A DNA stretch of 64,000 bases from a virus. Lineage: Duplodnaviria; Heunggongvirae; Uroviricota; Caudoviricetes. The translations under genes and the position numbers were made by a program. Positions within the stretch are counted from its first letter, which is position 1, and every line of letters starts with the position of its first letter. A model generated the notes under the pieces. The model ran no database searches. It was not told the DNA's origin and worked only from the letters and a program-made list of their open reading frames with translations. The stretch lies in the IMG/VR virus record IMGVR_UViG_2925897562_000001. The stretch is one strand, 5' to 3'. Positions 13,292 through 22,890 of the stretch are shown here, in pieces.

Positions 13292-14428
13292 CTATCCTTC
13301 GTTACGAAGATGCTTATCTAAGAATTTTGTAAACTGGTTTGTTGAGCCAAAATAGTTGGGGTAGGCTTTTTTTAGTGACTTAATGTTATCTGTAGCAACG
13401 AGAACAGATATCAATACATTAGGATTAGAATCGTCTTTATTTAAGGCCTCAAGGGCTTCATCTGCTTCTTTTGTTTTAAATGCGCGAACAGACACTAGGA
13501 ACATTTTTTTGTTTTTTGTATTGGGCTTGTTTTCTGCATTTCTCATTGTTACTAAGTAATGCCCCTTATGATTTTTTGGCAACTTCTTAATCAAATTCGC
13601 GTCAGAAGTTAAATTTAAGGCGATGGTGTATGTGCTTAGTTTCCTCCGTACAGATAAAGTCCGTTCCAGCTCTTTAAGCTCGCCTTCATACTGAGATACA
13701 ACTAGCTCATCAAGAGTGCAGGCTTTTTCGTCGTGCGCTACAAGACATCCGGCTAGATAGAAAAATCGTCTCCATTCTGGATGCCCTTCACTTGAAGTTT
13801 TCAGCTTGATACCTTCAAGGGTATCAATTATTTCAAGGCTGGTAGCCCAAGCATGCTGCAATTGAGTTCTTAACTGTATCTCAATCTTTGTTTTTCGCCA
13901 CGGATATTGATCCTCTTTCTGATCGAAGCAACTGTATGCAAGGTGGATTCCACTATAGCCGCTGTCTTTGGGAGTAAGATAATCATACTCTTTAACAATC
14001 CTATGAACAGATTTGCTTTTTAAAAGACGTTCCTTTAGCTGTATCAACTGGTCTAAGTTTCTGACAATGGCCCTACATCCGCCAACGTCCTGCATCCGTG
14101 TTAATTTAATTGCATTGCTAGTTCTGCCTCCATCAAGACTAGGACGCTCTAGTTTATCTATTATGGTAGAAAGTCGCTTAAGTCTTCTTGCAACGAGAAT
14201 CTTTTTGTCCTTGTCAACCTTAGCAGCTGCTCTTGCTAAATGATTTTTCATGAGCATTAATGGATAAAGATGCAGCTCACGGAAATTTTGTATCATTTCA
14301 ATAGATTGCTGCCTTTCTTCGTCACTACACCCGTGCCTTATCAATTGAGCAGCCCTATCAATTTGAGATTTTGAATATTTCAACTTGCATTTTTGACTTT
14401 GATAAACTTCATTCCCCATTGCTTTCAT
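13292..14428 (-). CDS. RelA/SpoT-homologue synthetase-domain protein; CapRel-like fused toxSAS toxin-antitoxin candidate
   Basis: 378 aa; nucleotidyltransferase motifs GGRTSNAIK, DVGGCRAIV, YSGIHLAY and EIQLRTQLQHAWA; ~170-aa C-terminal extension after the synthetase fold. Confidence 0.75.
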   Translation of the reverse strand: MKAMGNEVYQSQKCKLKYSKSQIDRAAQLIRHGCSDEERQQSIEMIQNFRELHLYPLMLMKNHLARAAAKVDKDKKILVARRLKRLSTIIDKLERPSLDGGRTSNAIKLTRMQDVGGCRAIVRNLDQLIQLKERLLKSKSVHRIVKEYDYLTPKDSGYSGIHLAYSCFDQKEDQYPWRKTKIEIQLRTQLQHAWATSLEIIDTLEGIKLKTSSEGHPEWRRFFYLAGCLVAHDEKACTLDELVVSQYEGELKELERTLSVRRKLSTYTIALNLTSDANLIKKLPKNHKGHYLVTMRNAENKPNTKNKKMFLVSVRAFKTKEADEALEALNKDDSNPNVLISVLVATDNIKSLKKAYPNYFGSTNQFTKFLDKHLRNEG

Positions 14429-14521
14429 CCATTTTAAATGATTTACATGCTGTTACATCTAATGATAAAGCGGTTAGAAAATCAATGGAGAATGTAACCA
14501 CAAAATTACTGTATGTAATTG

Positions 14522-15163
14522 TTAAAAATAATTATGCTTGCCTGTTAATACCCCTTTCGGCACTTTTTTTTGTTCCAGTATCTGGGTGCCCAGAATTATG
14601 TTAATCAGTGGACTTAGTAACGATGGTTCTTGGCGGGCCTCAACTTCTCCAGCCATTGCCCTGATGTAGTCGGCGCTGGCAACGTTGTTGTATTCCGTCG
14701 CAAAGCAACATAGTAACGTCAGAACATGCTCTGTCGTTATTTCGCTCCAGTTGATGTTGAAAAATTCATCGCCTTTTTTATCGTGTTCGGAATCGAAGAT
14801 GCTTTGGTGGAGAATGTATTTGCCGGATTCCTTGCGCGGTAACTTGATTGCTTTCTGGCGTTCCAGCTCCTTATAAATCTGCATTGCCTCAATTAGTACC
14901 GGCCTGCCGTTCATGAAGGGATCGCGCAACCTTACACGCTGGCCAACTCGACCAGTAATAAAGCTGTTTTCCTCTTCCACCAGCACGATAAAACCCTTTT
15001 CCTCTTTTTCTCGCAATTCGCGCAGCAGCTGGAGTTCCATATCGCGGCGGCGTTCAGGGTAGCTGGTCCGCTCAGCCATTATCAGCTCGTTATTGATCCA
15101 TGCAGCAGTCATTGACGCCGGTTTGCCGACGCTCATCGAAACAACGCATATTTTCTTATCCAT
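14522..15163 (-). CDS. hypothetical protein, 213 aa (possibly Mat-like; function unknown)
   Basis: ATG 15163 with strong SD (AGGGGG); the longer ORF-track frame to 15310 lacks an SD; between ref and the RSH gene on the same strand. Confidence 0.55.
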   Translation of the reverse strand: MDKKICVVSMSVGKPASMTAAWINNELIMAERTSYPERRRDMELQLLRELREKEEKGFIVLVEEENSFITGRVGQRVRLRDPFMNGRPVLIEAMQIYKELERQKAIKLPRKESGKYILHQSIFDSEHDKKGDEFFNINWSEITTEHVLTLLCCFATEYNNVASADYIRAMAGEVEARQEPSLLSPLINIILGTQILEQKKVPKGVLTGKHNYF

Positions 15164-15284
15164 AGCGCCCCCTACAAAAAAGAAAAGCCACCAGCGGCGG
15201 CTTAGCAATACAACTGAAGGTAGCGCCCGGTACTCAGACTGTGCCGTCCATGGAATATTTGAAAAGGGATCCATCCGTACCGGG

Positions 15285-15312
15285 CATGTGATGATTCTGA
15301 CTGAAGTCACTT
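15285..15312 (-). promoter_or_regulatory. candidate late-promoter box (AAGTGACTTC) upstream of the 213-aa gene
   Basis: same box family as upstream of prt and the head gene; -10 element weak. Confidence 0.25.
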
Positions 15313-15352
15313 GTCAGTTGTCAATCATTTATCATTAAAAATAATATATTTA

Positions 15353-15913
15353 TTAGTGCATGATGTTTGCCATCTCATAGGCGTCAGCCAGTAACTCCAT
15401 CTCTGACTTGTTCAGCAAGGTGAATTCTTTCTTGCCTCCAACCACACCATCGGCATGAACAGGGACCAGCCAGGGGTATTTTGCTCTTACTTCAGCCGGT
15501 GCTGCATGCTGGTGGTGCCATCTGCAAAGGGGCAATTGCTTTTTGTGACAACCCGGCGCGGTACGACCGGAGATATGGTGCAGAGACACCTCTTCAGATA
15601 TTACTCCATGCATGTAGCAGGCAATGCAGGGGAGAGTGCCAAGAGCATTGGCGATAGTCTGTTCCTCCTCCGTCGGTGTTCGCCCCTTCAAGCCACGAGA
15701 TTTTATTTTTACCGCACTTTTCCGCGTTTTGCTGGCTGGTGGGCGCTCTTTCTGTTTAGCGATACGGCGGTCGATAGAATCCCGCATTTTCTGATATTGC
15801 GATTCTCGCCAGGCGGGGTCAGCCAACTTTTCCCGTTGCCGAGCGATCGCTCGTTCTCTGGCTGCCTTCTGCCACTCGCGGCGCTGTTCAAGTTTTTGTT
15901 CGATTGTTTTCAT
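15353..15913 (-). CDS. ref: Ref recombination-enhancement HNH endonuclease
   Basis: 186 aa from ATG 15913 (MKTIEQKLEQRREW...), basic N-terminal arm, HNH-type Cys/His cluster; adjacent to cre. Confidence 0.9.
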   Translation of the reverse strand: MKTIEQKLEQRREWQKAARERAIARQREKLADPAWRESQYQKMRDSIDRRIAKQKERPPASKTRKSAVKIKSRGLKGRTPTEEEQTIANALGTLPCIACYMHGVISEEVSLHHISGRTAPGCHKKQLPLCRWHHQHAAPAEVRAKYPWLVPVHADGVVGGKKEFTLLNKSEMELLADAYEMANIMH

Positions 15914-15918
15914 ATGGC

Positions 15919-15944
15919 AAAAAAAAGGCGGCCTAATGGCCGCC
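15919..15944 (-). terminator. intrinsic terminator-like hairpin 5 nt upstream of the ref ATG
   Basis: minus-strand RNA GGCGGCC-AUUA-GGCCGCC followed by eight U. Confidence 0.5.
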
Positions 15945-15998
15945 AATGATGTCAAGGAGTGAAGTAATGGCAACGTCTTCGTAGTTGACAAAAACTGC

Positions 15999-16028
15999 GG
16001 CCAAATTATAGCAATCAATTAGAGCAAT
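15999..16028 (-). promoter_or_regulatory. pair of overlapping C1 operators (Op2a/b-like) upstream of ref
   Basis: minus strand contains two overlapping ATTGCT(C/A)TAAT cores. Confidence 0.6.
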
Positions 16029-16160
16029 GGTATATATTTTGTTTCTCGCGAATCACATTTTTTCACTTCAGTACCTGTGTGCTATACTCCTTCTTGATTG
16101 ATTGGATGCGGAATACAAACCCGCTCTTTTGTGCAGCCTGGCTCCTTGCCAGGCTTTTTT

Positions 16161-16472
16161 TTATTTCATCATGGAAGCGGTTAACGCTTTGGACCTTGCT
16201 GAACTGATTGAAAGGGCATTGTTTACCTTACCCAGGAGTTCGCCAAATTCCCCCATCACTCTAGTAAGCCCGCGCCGCGCTTCCTCCTCCGTTGCATTCA
16301 TCACAAAATGTTCAGCACTCCGCATGCTTTTAACGGGGAACGCAACAGATATCGAGTCGATATCAGGCATCCTATCGCTCAACTTTACGGTGACAATGAC
16401 AGATGGCGACAGAATATTAGTGCTTACAGACAGCACTACATATTTTCCGTCGATGTTGAAATCCTTTCTCAT
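16161..16472 (-). CDS. hypothetical protein between cre and ref (possible cra)
   Basis: 103 aa, ATG 16472 with SD GGTGG and a C1 operator 17 bp upstream; competing plus-strand ORF 16102..16593 judged less likely. Confidence 0.4.
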   Translation of the reverse strand: MRKDFNIDGKYVVLSVSTNILSPSVIVTVKLSDRMPDIDSISVAFPVKSMRSAEHFVMNATEEEARRGLTRVMGEFGELLGKVNNALSISSARSKALTASMMK

Positions 16473-16488
16473 ATGCCACCATAAATAT

Positions 16489-16505
16489 CAAAGAATTAGA
16501 GCAAT
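16489..16505 (-). promoter_or_regulatory. C1 operator-like site (ATTGCTCTAATTCTTTG)
   Basis: 11-nt core ATTGCTCTAAT exact. Confidence 0.45.
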
Positions 16506-16522
16506 CATTTACGCGTTAATGG

Positions 16523-17554
16523 CTAATTGCCATCTTCCAGCAGGCGCACCATTGCCCCTGTTTCACTATCCAGGTTACGGATATAGTTCATGACAATATT
16601 TACATTGGTCCAGCCACCAGCTTGCATGATCTCCGGTATTGAAACTCCAGCGCGGGCCATATCTCGCGCTGCTCCGACACGGGCACTGTGTCCAGACCAG
16701 GCCAGGTATCTCTGACCAGAGTCATCCTTAGCGCCGTAAATCAATCGATGAGTTGCTTCAAAAATCCCTTCCAGGGCGCGAGTTGATAGCTGGCTGGTGG
16801 CAGATGGCGCGGCAACACCATTTTTTCTGACCCGGCAAAACAGGTAGTTATTCGGATCATCAGCTACACCAGAGACAGAAATCCATCGCTCGACCAGTTT
16901 AGTTACCCCCAGGCTAAGTGCCTTCTCTACACCTGCGGTGCTAACCAGCGTTTTCGTTCTGCCAATATGGATTAACATTCTCCCACCGTCAGTACGTGAG
17001 ATATCTTTAACCCTGATCCTGGCAATTTCTGCTATACGTAGCAGGGTATTATAAGCAATCCCAAGAAATGCCAGATTACGTATATCCTGGCAGCGATCGC
17101 TATTTTCCATGAGTGAACGAACCTGGTCGAAATCAGTGCGTTCGAACGCCAATGCCTGTTTTGCACGTTCACCGGCATCAACGTTTTCTTTTCGAATCCG
17201 CCGCATGACCAGTGAAACAGCATTGCTGTCACTTGGTCGTGGCAGCCCGGACCGACGATGAAGCATGTTTAGCTGGCCCAAATGTTGCTGGATAGTTTTT
17301 ACTGCCAGACCGCGCGCCTGAAGATATAGAAGATAATCGCGAACATCTTCAGGTTCTGCGGGAAACCATTTCCGGTTATTCAACTTGCACCATGCCGCCC
17401 ACGACCGGCAAACGGACAGAAGCATTTTCCAGGTATGCTCAGAAAACGCCTGGCGATCCCTGAACATGTCCATCAGGTTCTTGCGAACCTCATCACTCGT
17501 TGCATCGACCGGTAATGCAGGCAAATTTTGGTGTACGGTCAGTAAATTGGACAT
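16523..17554 (-). CDS. cre: Cre tyrosine site-specific recombinase
   Basis: 343 aa, MSNLLTVHQNLPALPVDATSDEVRKNLMDMFRDRQAFSEHTWKMLLSVCRSWAAWC...; cognate loxP 418 bp upstream. Confidence 0.97.
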   Translation of the reverse strand: MSNLLTVHQNLPALPVDATSDEVRKNLMDMFRDRQAFSEHTWKMLLSVCRSWAAWCKLNNRKWFPAEPEDVRDYLLYLQARGLAVKTIQQHLGQLNMLHRRSGLPRPSDSNAVSLVMRRIRKENVDAGERAKQALAFERTDFDQVRSLMENSDRCQDIRNLAFLGIAYNTLLRIAEIARIRVKDISRTDGGRMLIHIGRTKTLVSTAGVEKALSLGVTKLVERWISVSGVADDPNNYLFCRVRKNGVAAPSATSQLSTRALEGIFEATHRLIYGAKDDSGQRYLAWSGHSARVGAARDMARAGVSIPEIMQAGGWTNVNIVMNYIRNLDSETGAMVRLLEDGN

Positions 17555-17561
17555 TTAACAC

Positions 17562-17783
17562 TCAGATAATGGTTTTAAGTAAAGTGTACAGGATCGGCCC
17601 TGCCTTTACCTGTTTATGGTTCTCGTCATAGAAACGCCAGCGACCGCGCGTGCGTTCTATTTTCTCTTCACCGCGCGATAATGACAGTTGGTAACTATCA
17701 CGATCAAACCCTTTTGCCCGCCAGTAACCACGGTTTTTCTCAAGCTCAAGATGAGTGGACACTTTAGCAGCTGAATATCCCAT
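17562..17783 (-). CDS. hypothetical small basic protein between loxP and cre
   Basis: 73 aa; ATG 17783 preceded by AGAGGTGA at -5; stop 8 nt before the cre ATG. Confidence 0.4.
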   Translation of the reverse strand: MGYSAAKVSTHLELEKNRGYWRAKGFDRDSYQLSLSRGEEKIERTRGRWRFYDENHKQVKAGPILYTLLKTII

Positions 17784-17877
17784 TTTTCACCTCTGATTGA
17801 TTGGTGGTGCTAAGTGCGCTACGCGAAATCTGGAGCACTAACACTGCCAACATTTCGCAGATTTTACGTAGCGCAAC

Positions 17878-17900
17878 CTTGATCAAATGATCAAGTGATC
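17878..17900. promoter_or_regulatory. cluster of three TGATCA (Dam GATC) sites in the cre upstream region
   Basis: TTGATCAAATGATCAAGTGATCAC. Confidence 0.35.
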
Positions 17901-17971
17901 ACTATTTGACCTGATAAGGTATTGAACTGTATGGATTTACAGGTAAATTGATCATGTTCAATAACCCTTAA

Positions 17972-18005
17972 GATAACTTCGTATAATGTATGCTATACGA
18001 AGTTA
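17972..18005. other. loxP recombination site
   Basis: exact 34-bp ATAACTTCGTATA-ATGTATGC-TATACGAAGTTAT (13-bp inverted repeats, 8-bp spacer). Confidence 0.98.
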
Positions 18006-18048
18006 TTAGGTCCGAAGAGGAGTTTACGTCCAGCTGCGCATAAAAATC

Positions 18049-18065
18049 AAGAATTATTAGAGCAA
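18049..18065 (-). promoter_or_regulatory. C1 operator (Op99-type) upstream of coi-c1
   Basis: minus strand ATTGCTCTAATAATTCT, 15/17. Confidence 0.6.
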
Positions 18066-18131
18066 TAAATTTTGAGAGAAAAATCCCACTCCACCAGCCA
18101 AAAACTGGATTGTTTTTCATAGTTGTTTGAC

Positions 18132-18148
18132 AATTGCTCTAATAAATT
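18132..18148 (+). promoter_or_regulatory. C1 operator (Op99-type) upstream of coi-c1
   Basis: ATTGCTCTAATAAATTA, 16/17. Confidence 0.7.
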
Positions 18149-18387
18149 ATAGTTTTGCCGCCGTTTCGTAATACGACTTTGGATTCACTATTTAATGTGT
18201 CTTCAGCGTTGTAGAGCGGCTCAGAAGGAAATGAGCAAACAGGGAAACCTTATACAACGGCATTACAGCTATGCATTGCTCATCTTACACACAGCGCAAT
18301 GTTGTTAGATTACCCCAGCATGGATCATGGGTGAAACAGTAGGTCAGAGCTTCAGGCTCTGTGTTGTCAATACAGTGAGGCATAATT

Positions 18388-18597
18388 ATGGCTTTCATTC
18401 CACCAACCATCGACGACGTTAGACATTGCTCTAACGCTTTATCTGTAGACCCCGCCGAAACCGACGCTGCCCGCGCCATTGCTGAACACTACTCAAAGAT
18501 ATCCAATCAGGAGTACCGCATCACCCAAGACGACCTGGATGATCTCACTGACACAATCGAATATCTCATGGCCACTAACCAGCCAGACTCACAATAA
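18388..18597 (+). CDS. coi: Coi, C1 repressor inactivator
   Basis: 69 aa MAFIPPTIDDVRHCSNALSVDPAETDAARAIAEHYSKISNQEYRITQDDLDDLTDTIEYLMATNQPDSQ; directly upstream of c1. Confidence 0.9.
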   Translation: MAFIPPTIDDVRHCSNALSVDPAETDAARAIAEHYSKISNQEYRITQDDLDDLTDTIEYLMATNQPDSQ

Positions 18598-18707
18598 ATG
18601 CACTAATAAATCTATTATTTTCGTTGGATCCTTCTATAATGGTGGCCAACAACTCCCAGTGTAATCCGCTGTGAGTTGTTGGCCATGTCAATTCTGGAGG
18701 AGGATCA

Positions 18708-19559
18708 ATGATAAATTATGTCTACGGCGAACAACTGTACCAGGAGTTCGTCAGCTTCAGGGATCTCTTTCTAAAAAAAGCTGTTGCACGCGCCCAACAC
18801 GTTGATGCCGCCAGCGACGGTCGTCCTGTACGCCCGGTTGTCGTTCTGCCGTTCAAAGAAACTGACAGCATTCAGGCTGAAATTGATAAATGGACTTTAA
18901 TGGCGCGGGAACTGGAACAGTACCCAGACCTCAATATCCCAAAGACTATTTTATATCCAGTACCTAACATCCTTCGCGGTGTGCGTAAGGTTACGACTTA
19001 TCAGACAGAAGCTGTGAACAGCGTCAACATGACCGCTGGCCGCATTATTCATCTGATTGATAAGGACATTCGCATCCAGAAAAGCGCAGGGATCAATGAG
19101 CACAGTGCGAAATACATAGAGAACCTGGAAGCAACAAAAGAGCTAATGAAGCAGTACCCGGAGGATGAAAAATTCCGTATGCGCGTACACGGCTTTAGCG
19201 AAACAATGCTGCGCGTCCATTACATTTCTAGTAGCCCTAACTACAATGATGGTAAATCAGTTAGTTACCATGTGCCGCTATGTGGTGTGTTTATCTGCGA
19301 TGAAACTCTCCGTGATGGAATTATCATCAACGGTGAATTCGAGAAAGCAAAATTTAGCCTTTATGACTCTATAGAACCGATCATCTGCGACCGCTGGCCG
19401 CAGGCAAAAATATATCGCCTGGCAGATATTGAAAATGTAAAAAAACAAATTGCCATCACTCGCGAAGAGAAAAAGGTCAAATCAGCCGCATCAGTTACGC
19501 GCAGCCGTAAAACTAAGAAAGGGCAGCCAGTAAACGACAACCCCGAAAGCGCGCAATAG
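18708..19559 (+). CDS. c1: C1 master repressor of lysogeny
   Basis: 283 aa MINYVYGEQLYQEFVSFRDLFLKKAVARAQHVDAASDGRPVRPVVVLPFKE...; many cognate 17-bp operators in the window. Confidence 0.95.
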   Translation: MINYVYGEQLYQEFVSFRDLFLKKAVARAQHVDAASDGRPVRPVVVLPFKETDSIQAEIDKWTLMARELEQYPDLNIPKTILYPVPNILRGVRKVTTYQTEAVNSVNMTAGRIIHLIDKDIRIQKSAGINEHSAKYIENLEATKELMKQYPEDEKFRMRVHGFSETMLRVHYISSSPNYNDGKSVSYHVPLCGVFICDETLRDGIIINGEFEKAKFSLYDSIEPIICDRWPQAKIYRLADIENVKKQIAITREEKKVKSAASVTRSRKTKKGQPVNDNPESAQ

Positions 19560-19583
19560 TTTCCATCCGGCATGGTCAATGAG

Positions 19584-21068
19584 TTATTCATTAAGCCATG
19601 CCAGAGCTTCATCAACCTGCGCTTCGTCTTCGACGCTAAGCACTTCATCCTGGGGAACATAATCCGCCAGCATAGCGAAACAATATGTATCCCAATGGTC
19701 TGGTGAGTGCAGGTTGAGTTTTTTCTTCATATCCTCCTTACTCATCACCTTCCATTGACCTGCGGAGTTAATCCCTACAGGGATTTTCGACGCTTCCTCA
19801 ATAGTTTCATTACCCTTATCCAGTCTCATACGACCAGATTTTACGGCCTCTGCGGCTTGAACGTTGGCATAAGCACGTTTATCAAAGTACAGGCTCTTAT
19901 CTTCACGGCTATGCATCTTTTTACCCCAGCGTATACGCTGTACGGTAATACCATAATACTCGTACATCAGATCCGCCGTTGCTTTACCCAGCCCATCGCC
20001 GTCTATCGCTATGGTGATATTTGGGAATCGCTCAGGATTACATTCTGCGAAAATTTTGGCGGCAAGCTGCGTTTCTGTAACGTCTGTGTATTCCAGCATT
20101 CGATAGTTGATTACACGGCGTTTATTTCTCTGGCCGGACACCATCATGATATTGATAACGGACTTATCCCGTCCCGTACCACCAGCAACGTCCACACATG
20201 CAAGCCAGCCCCATCCTTTGGCAATCTTGACTTTCCGCCGCGTCGCACGTTCAACCTCATCACGTCCAAGAAGGAAGCCATCCTGTGATTTAGGGAATAG
20301 TCCGCGTACCTTAATCATGTACATAGGGTTATCACGCCCGCCGTACTCCGCCAGCTTCATTTTGATAAATGCTGGCGTTACCAGCGGTGATTCCTCACTG
20401 TTAAGCGTGATCGCCGTATAAACGCCATCAGGGTTACCAGGACGCTTGGCCAGTTTATGGTGAGTATCGTAGAAATAGCCGCTTGGGCGTGTAGGCTGTG
20501 ACAGTAATAAGATGCGGTTATCCTGTCCGGTAAGAGCACCGGTGATGATACCGAAAGCTCTATCACTGACACCGGAGGCTTCATCGATAATATACAGAAG
20601 ATGATCTGCGTGTTCACCGGCGAGAGCTTCTTCACTTCCCAGACGAAAGCCCTTCGGTACTACAGTCCATACACCTTTACCAGTAACCTCATAGAAAGCG
20701 GTTTCTGTCAGAACAAAATAATCAGCAAGCCATGGAAAACGGCTGGTGGCAGTAGCCCAGTTTATCTTGATGTACTTGAATATACCGGTCATTACCTGCT
20801 GAATTTTGTTCGCAACGATAATGGCGCGGGCACCGGGATACATGATTATGAACAACATGATCATGATAGAAGTCATGTCTGATTTCCCGGTACCGTGACC
20901 AGACGAAACAGATGTCTTGCTACCCTGTTCCTGCACAGACTCAATAATCAGATCCTGCTGCCAGGTAGGTGTTTTGCCGAACAAAACATCAGCGGCAGCA
21001 ATCCAGTCATAACGATATAGCGCCACCAGCTCGCGCCAACGTGGATCCGTTACGCAACTTCTGGCCAT
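19584..21068 (-). CDS. pacB: terminase large subunit PacB
   Basis: 494 aa; adjacent to pacA and the pac site. Confidence 0.85.
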   Translation of the reverse strand: MARSCVTDPRWRELVALYRYDWIAAADVLFGKTPTWQQDLIIESVQEQGSKTSVSSGHGTGKSDMTSIMIMLFIIMYPGARAIIVANKIQQVMTGIFKYIKINWATATSRFPWLADYFVLTETAFYEVTGKGVWTVVPKGFRLGSEEALAGEHADHLLYIIDEASGVSDRAFGIITGALTGQDNRILLLSQPTRPSGYFYDTHHKLAKRPGNPDGVYTAITLNSEESPLVTPAFIKMKLAEYGGRDNPMYMIKVRGLFPKSQDGFLLGRDEVERATRRKVKIAKGWGWLACVDVAGGTGRDKSVINIMMVSGQRNKRRVINYRMLEYTDVTETQLAAKIFAECNPERFPNITIAIDGDGLGKATADLMYEYYGITVQRIRWGKKMHSREDKSLYFDKRAYANVQAAEAVKSGRMRLDKGNETIEEASKIPVGINSAGQWKVMSKEDMKKKLNLHSPDHWDTYCFAMLADYVPQDEVLSVEDEAQVDEALAWLNE

Positions 21069-22261
21069 TAATCATCATCCCCGTATAGCTTGCGGGTAAC
21101 TTCTTCGTCTTCCTCCTCGTCTTCGTCCAGGTCTTGTTCCAGCCATGGGTCGTTTGATACACCTTCAGTATCAACATCTCCATAACCGCCTGTATCAACG
21201 ATATCGGCGATTTCTTCCCTACGCTGCTCAATCCACAATGCGGCATCGGCGCGGCGGTTGGCGGCCCGTTCTCGCGCAACTTTGTCCAGATCTTCAAGAG
21301 AAGGGCCACCGACGGCTGTTTGCCTTTCCTCATCATCGGTATTGGTCTTAGGAGCACGCAGATCGGCTTTGATTTGCTCCAGCATCAGGGGCGGCACTTT
21401 TCCGCCATGCGCCTCGATGAATTCAGCTGCTTCCAGCACTGACCAGTTATTTTCACGCTTTCGTTCGTATGCCAGCTTAACAATGCCAGCTTGCCCCATA
21501 GATAAAGCGTGCTTTTCCGCCTCCCGGCTTTCTTTTCGATAGTTATTCCGGATGCTGTAAATGGTGTTGATCAGGCTGCTTATCTGCGCGGAACAGCTGT
21601 TTAGCATGCTCGCGATACGATATTCAGGCGGAGTCCCTTCATCATCGTCTTTTTGCTGATCGCGCATTTCCTGCACCAGACGAATACACGTATCCCTGGC
21701 GTTCTCCAGCATAAGGAGATGAGAAAGTGACTTTTCCAGAAGAGTGGTTTCCAGAACATCGGCCCCGGACCGACGCAACATAGCGCGCGCGGCCTTCCGC
21801 GCTTCAACGTTATCTATCAGGTAATCGCCAGCTTCGAATTCAAAGCGTTCACCATCATCATCCAGGGTGTCGCGTTCCAGGCGATCACGTAAGGTCCGGT
21901 GGGCGCGGGTGATCACGTCATGATCATCAGAACGATCATTTATGCGCTTATTTTGGCGCTTCGCATTCTCGACTGCGGCACTGACAACGGCATTAACCCT
22001 TTGTTTTTCCGCTATTTCAGCCGCAATGTGATCACCTGCATGTTGATCATTAGAGTGATCAATGATCATGCTTTTTAGTGGCTTCCTGACTGGCTTATTT
22101 GGCTTGCGGCTGTCCGCTGTCCTGGTGTCTTCTTTGAAGGCACGGAGATAACGACGTGCAGTATTAGGGTTAAGATTAAACTCGGCGGCATACTGTGCGA
22201 TGGTGTAACCACCATCTCGCGCCAGGCGAGCAAAATTCTTCTTGTGATCGTCCCAGGTCAC
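21068..22261 (-). CDS. pacA: terminase small subunit / pac-recognition protein PacA
   Basis: 397 aa, GTG start with SD GAAAGGAAG, acidic C-terminus; contains the pac site. Confidence 0.85.
   Translation of the reverse strand: MTWDDHKKNFARLARDGGYTIAQYAAEFNLNPNTARRYLRAFKEDTRTADSRKPNKPVRKPLKSMIIDHSNDQHAGDHIAAEIAEKQRVNAVVSAAVENAKRQNKRINDRSDDHDVITRAHRTLRDRLERDTLDDDGERFEFEAGDYLIDNVEARKAARAMLRRSGADVLETTLLEKSLSHLLMLENARDTCIRLVQEMRDQQKDDDEGTPPEYRIASMLNSCSAQISSLINTIYSIRNNYRKESREAEKHALSMGQAGIVKLAYERKRENNWSVLEAAEFIEAHGGKVPPLMLEQIKADLRAPKTNTDDEERQTAVGGPSLEDLDKVARERAANRRADAALWIEQRREEIADIVDTGGYGDVDTEGVSNDPWLEQDLDEDEEEDEEVTRKLYGDDD
21910..22068. other. pac packaging-initiation site
   Basis: seven TGATCA-type hexamers, three at 21910-21938 and four at 22029-22068, flanking a ~90-bp cut region inside pacA. 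Confidence 0.8.
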
Positions 22262-22346
22262 TTATGCTTCCTTTCGTAAAAACTCTTTTTGACGCGAGGG
22301 TAACGAAAGTCACATGTCAAAAGGCCCGGAACGGGCAAGCAATCAA

Positions 22347-22799
22347 TCAGATACGTGCGGATGTGGCATTACCGTAATGACGGTGCTGACGGGCCACCTT
22401 ATTGAAAAGTTGACGCGCCATTACCCAAGGCTGGTGCTCCCGGCGTTCCTTTTCGTCCTGCGTCATATAGAGTTCGTTCTGGAGTTTTTCATCAAACCGG
22501 CGCGGAGCGCGGCTACGGCGAAAGAATTCAGGATTCAGAGAGTGGATCTGAAATCTACGTGGGCGTGTACTGTCATCAATCAAAACAGACGAATACTTAG
22601 ACACAGCGATAGCCTTTAAGCGCAGATAAACATCGCGCTTATCGACATCCAGATGCGGGTATTCCTTTTCAAGAATTGCTGCGAGTTCTTTCGCTGATAG
22701 AAGAGATTTAGTGCGGATCATGTAATCCGCAATCTCGTACGATGTTATTCGTGAGTGATTTATTTCCATGAAGTGGCGTCCCTGCCAGTTAAGTAACAT
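22347..22799 (-). CDS. lpa: Lpa late-promoter activator
   Basis: 150 aa, ATG 22799 with SD AGGTGA; C1 operator pair just upstream. Confidence 0.8.
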   Translation of the reverse strand: MLLNWQGRHFMEINHSRITSYEIADYMIRTKSLLSAKELAAILEKEYPHLDVDKRDVYLRLKAIAVSKYSSVLIDDSTRPRRFQIHSLNPEFFRRSRAPRRFDEKLQNELYMTQDEKERREHQPWVMARQLFNKVARQHRHYGNATSARI

Positions 22800-22861
22800 C
22801 CTGTCACCTACTGATTAGCCCATGTCAACTAATCAACGTGGAATATAATACCCTCGATTAA

Positions 22862-22890
22862 AGAAATAGCAATACATTAGAGCAATTTTA
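22862..22890 (-). promoter_or_regulatory. C1 operator pair (Op88-type) upstream of lpa
   Basis: minus strand ATTGCTCTAATGTATTGCTATTT, two overlapping cores. Confidence 0.6.

Noticed and set aside
13292-15352. IS element or transposase in the res-mod replacement slot
   Set aside because: No transposase-like ORF or terminal inverted repeats were seen; the slot holds only the RSH gene and the 213-aa ORF
16102-16593. Plus-strand 163-aa ORF between ref and cre
   Set aside because: Overlaps the minus-strand ORF that has an SD and a C1 operator; it would run antisense into the cre 3' end
18285-18479. Minus-strand 64-aa ORF antisense to the coi start
   Set aside because: Overlaps coi and its operator region on the opposite strand with no SD; small immunity-region ORFs may exist here but cannot be supported from sequence alone
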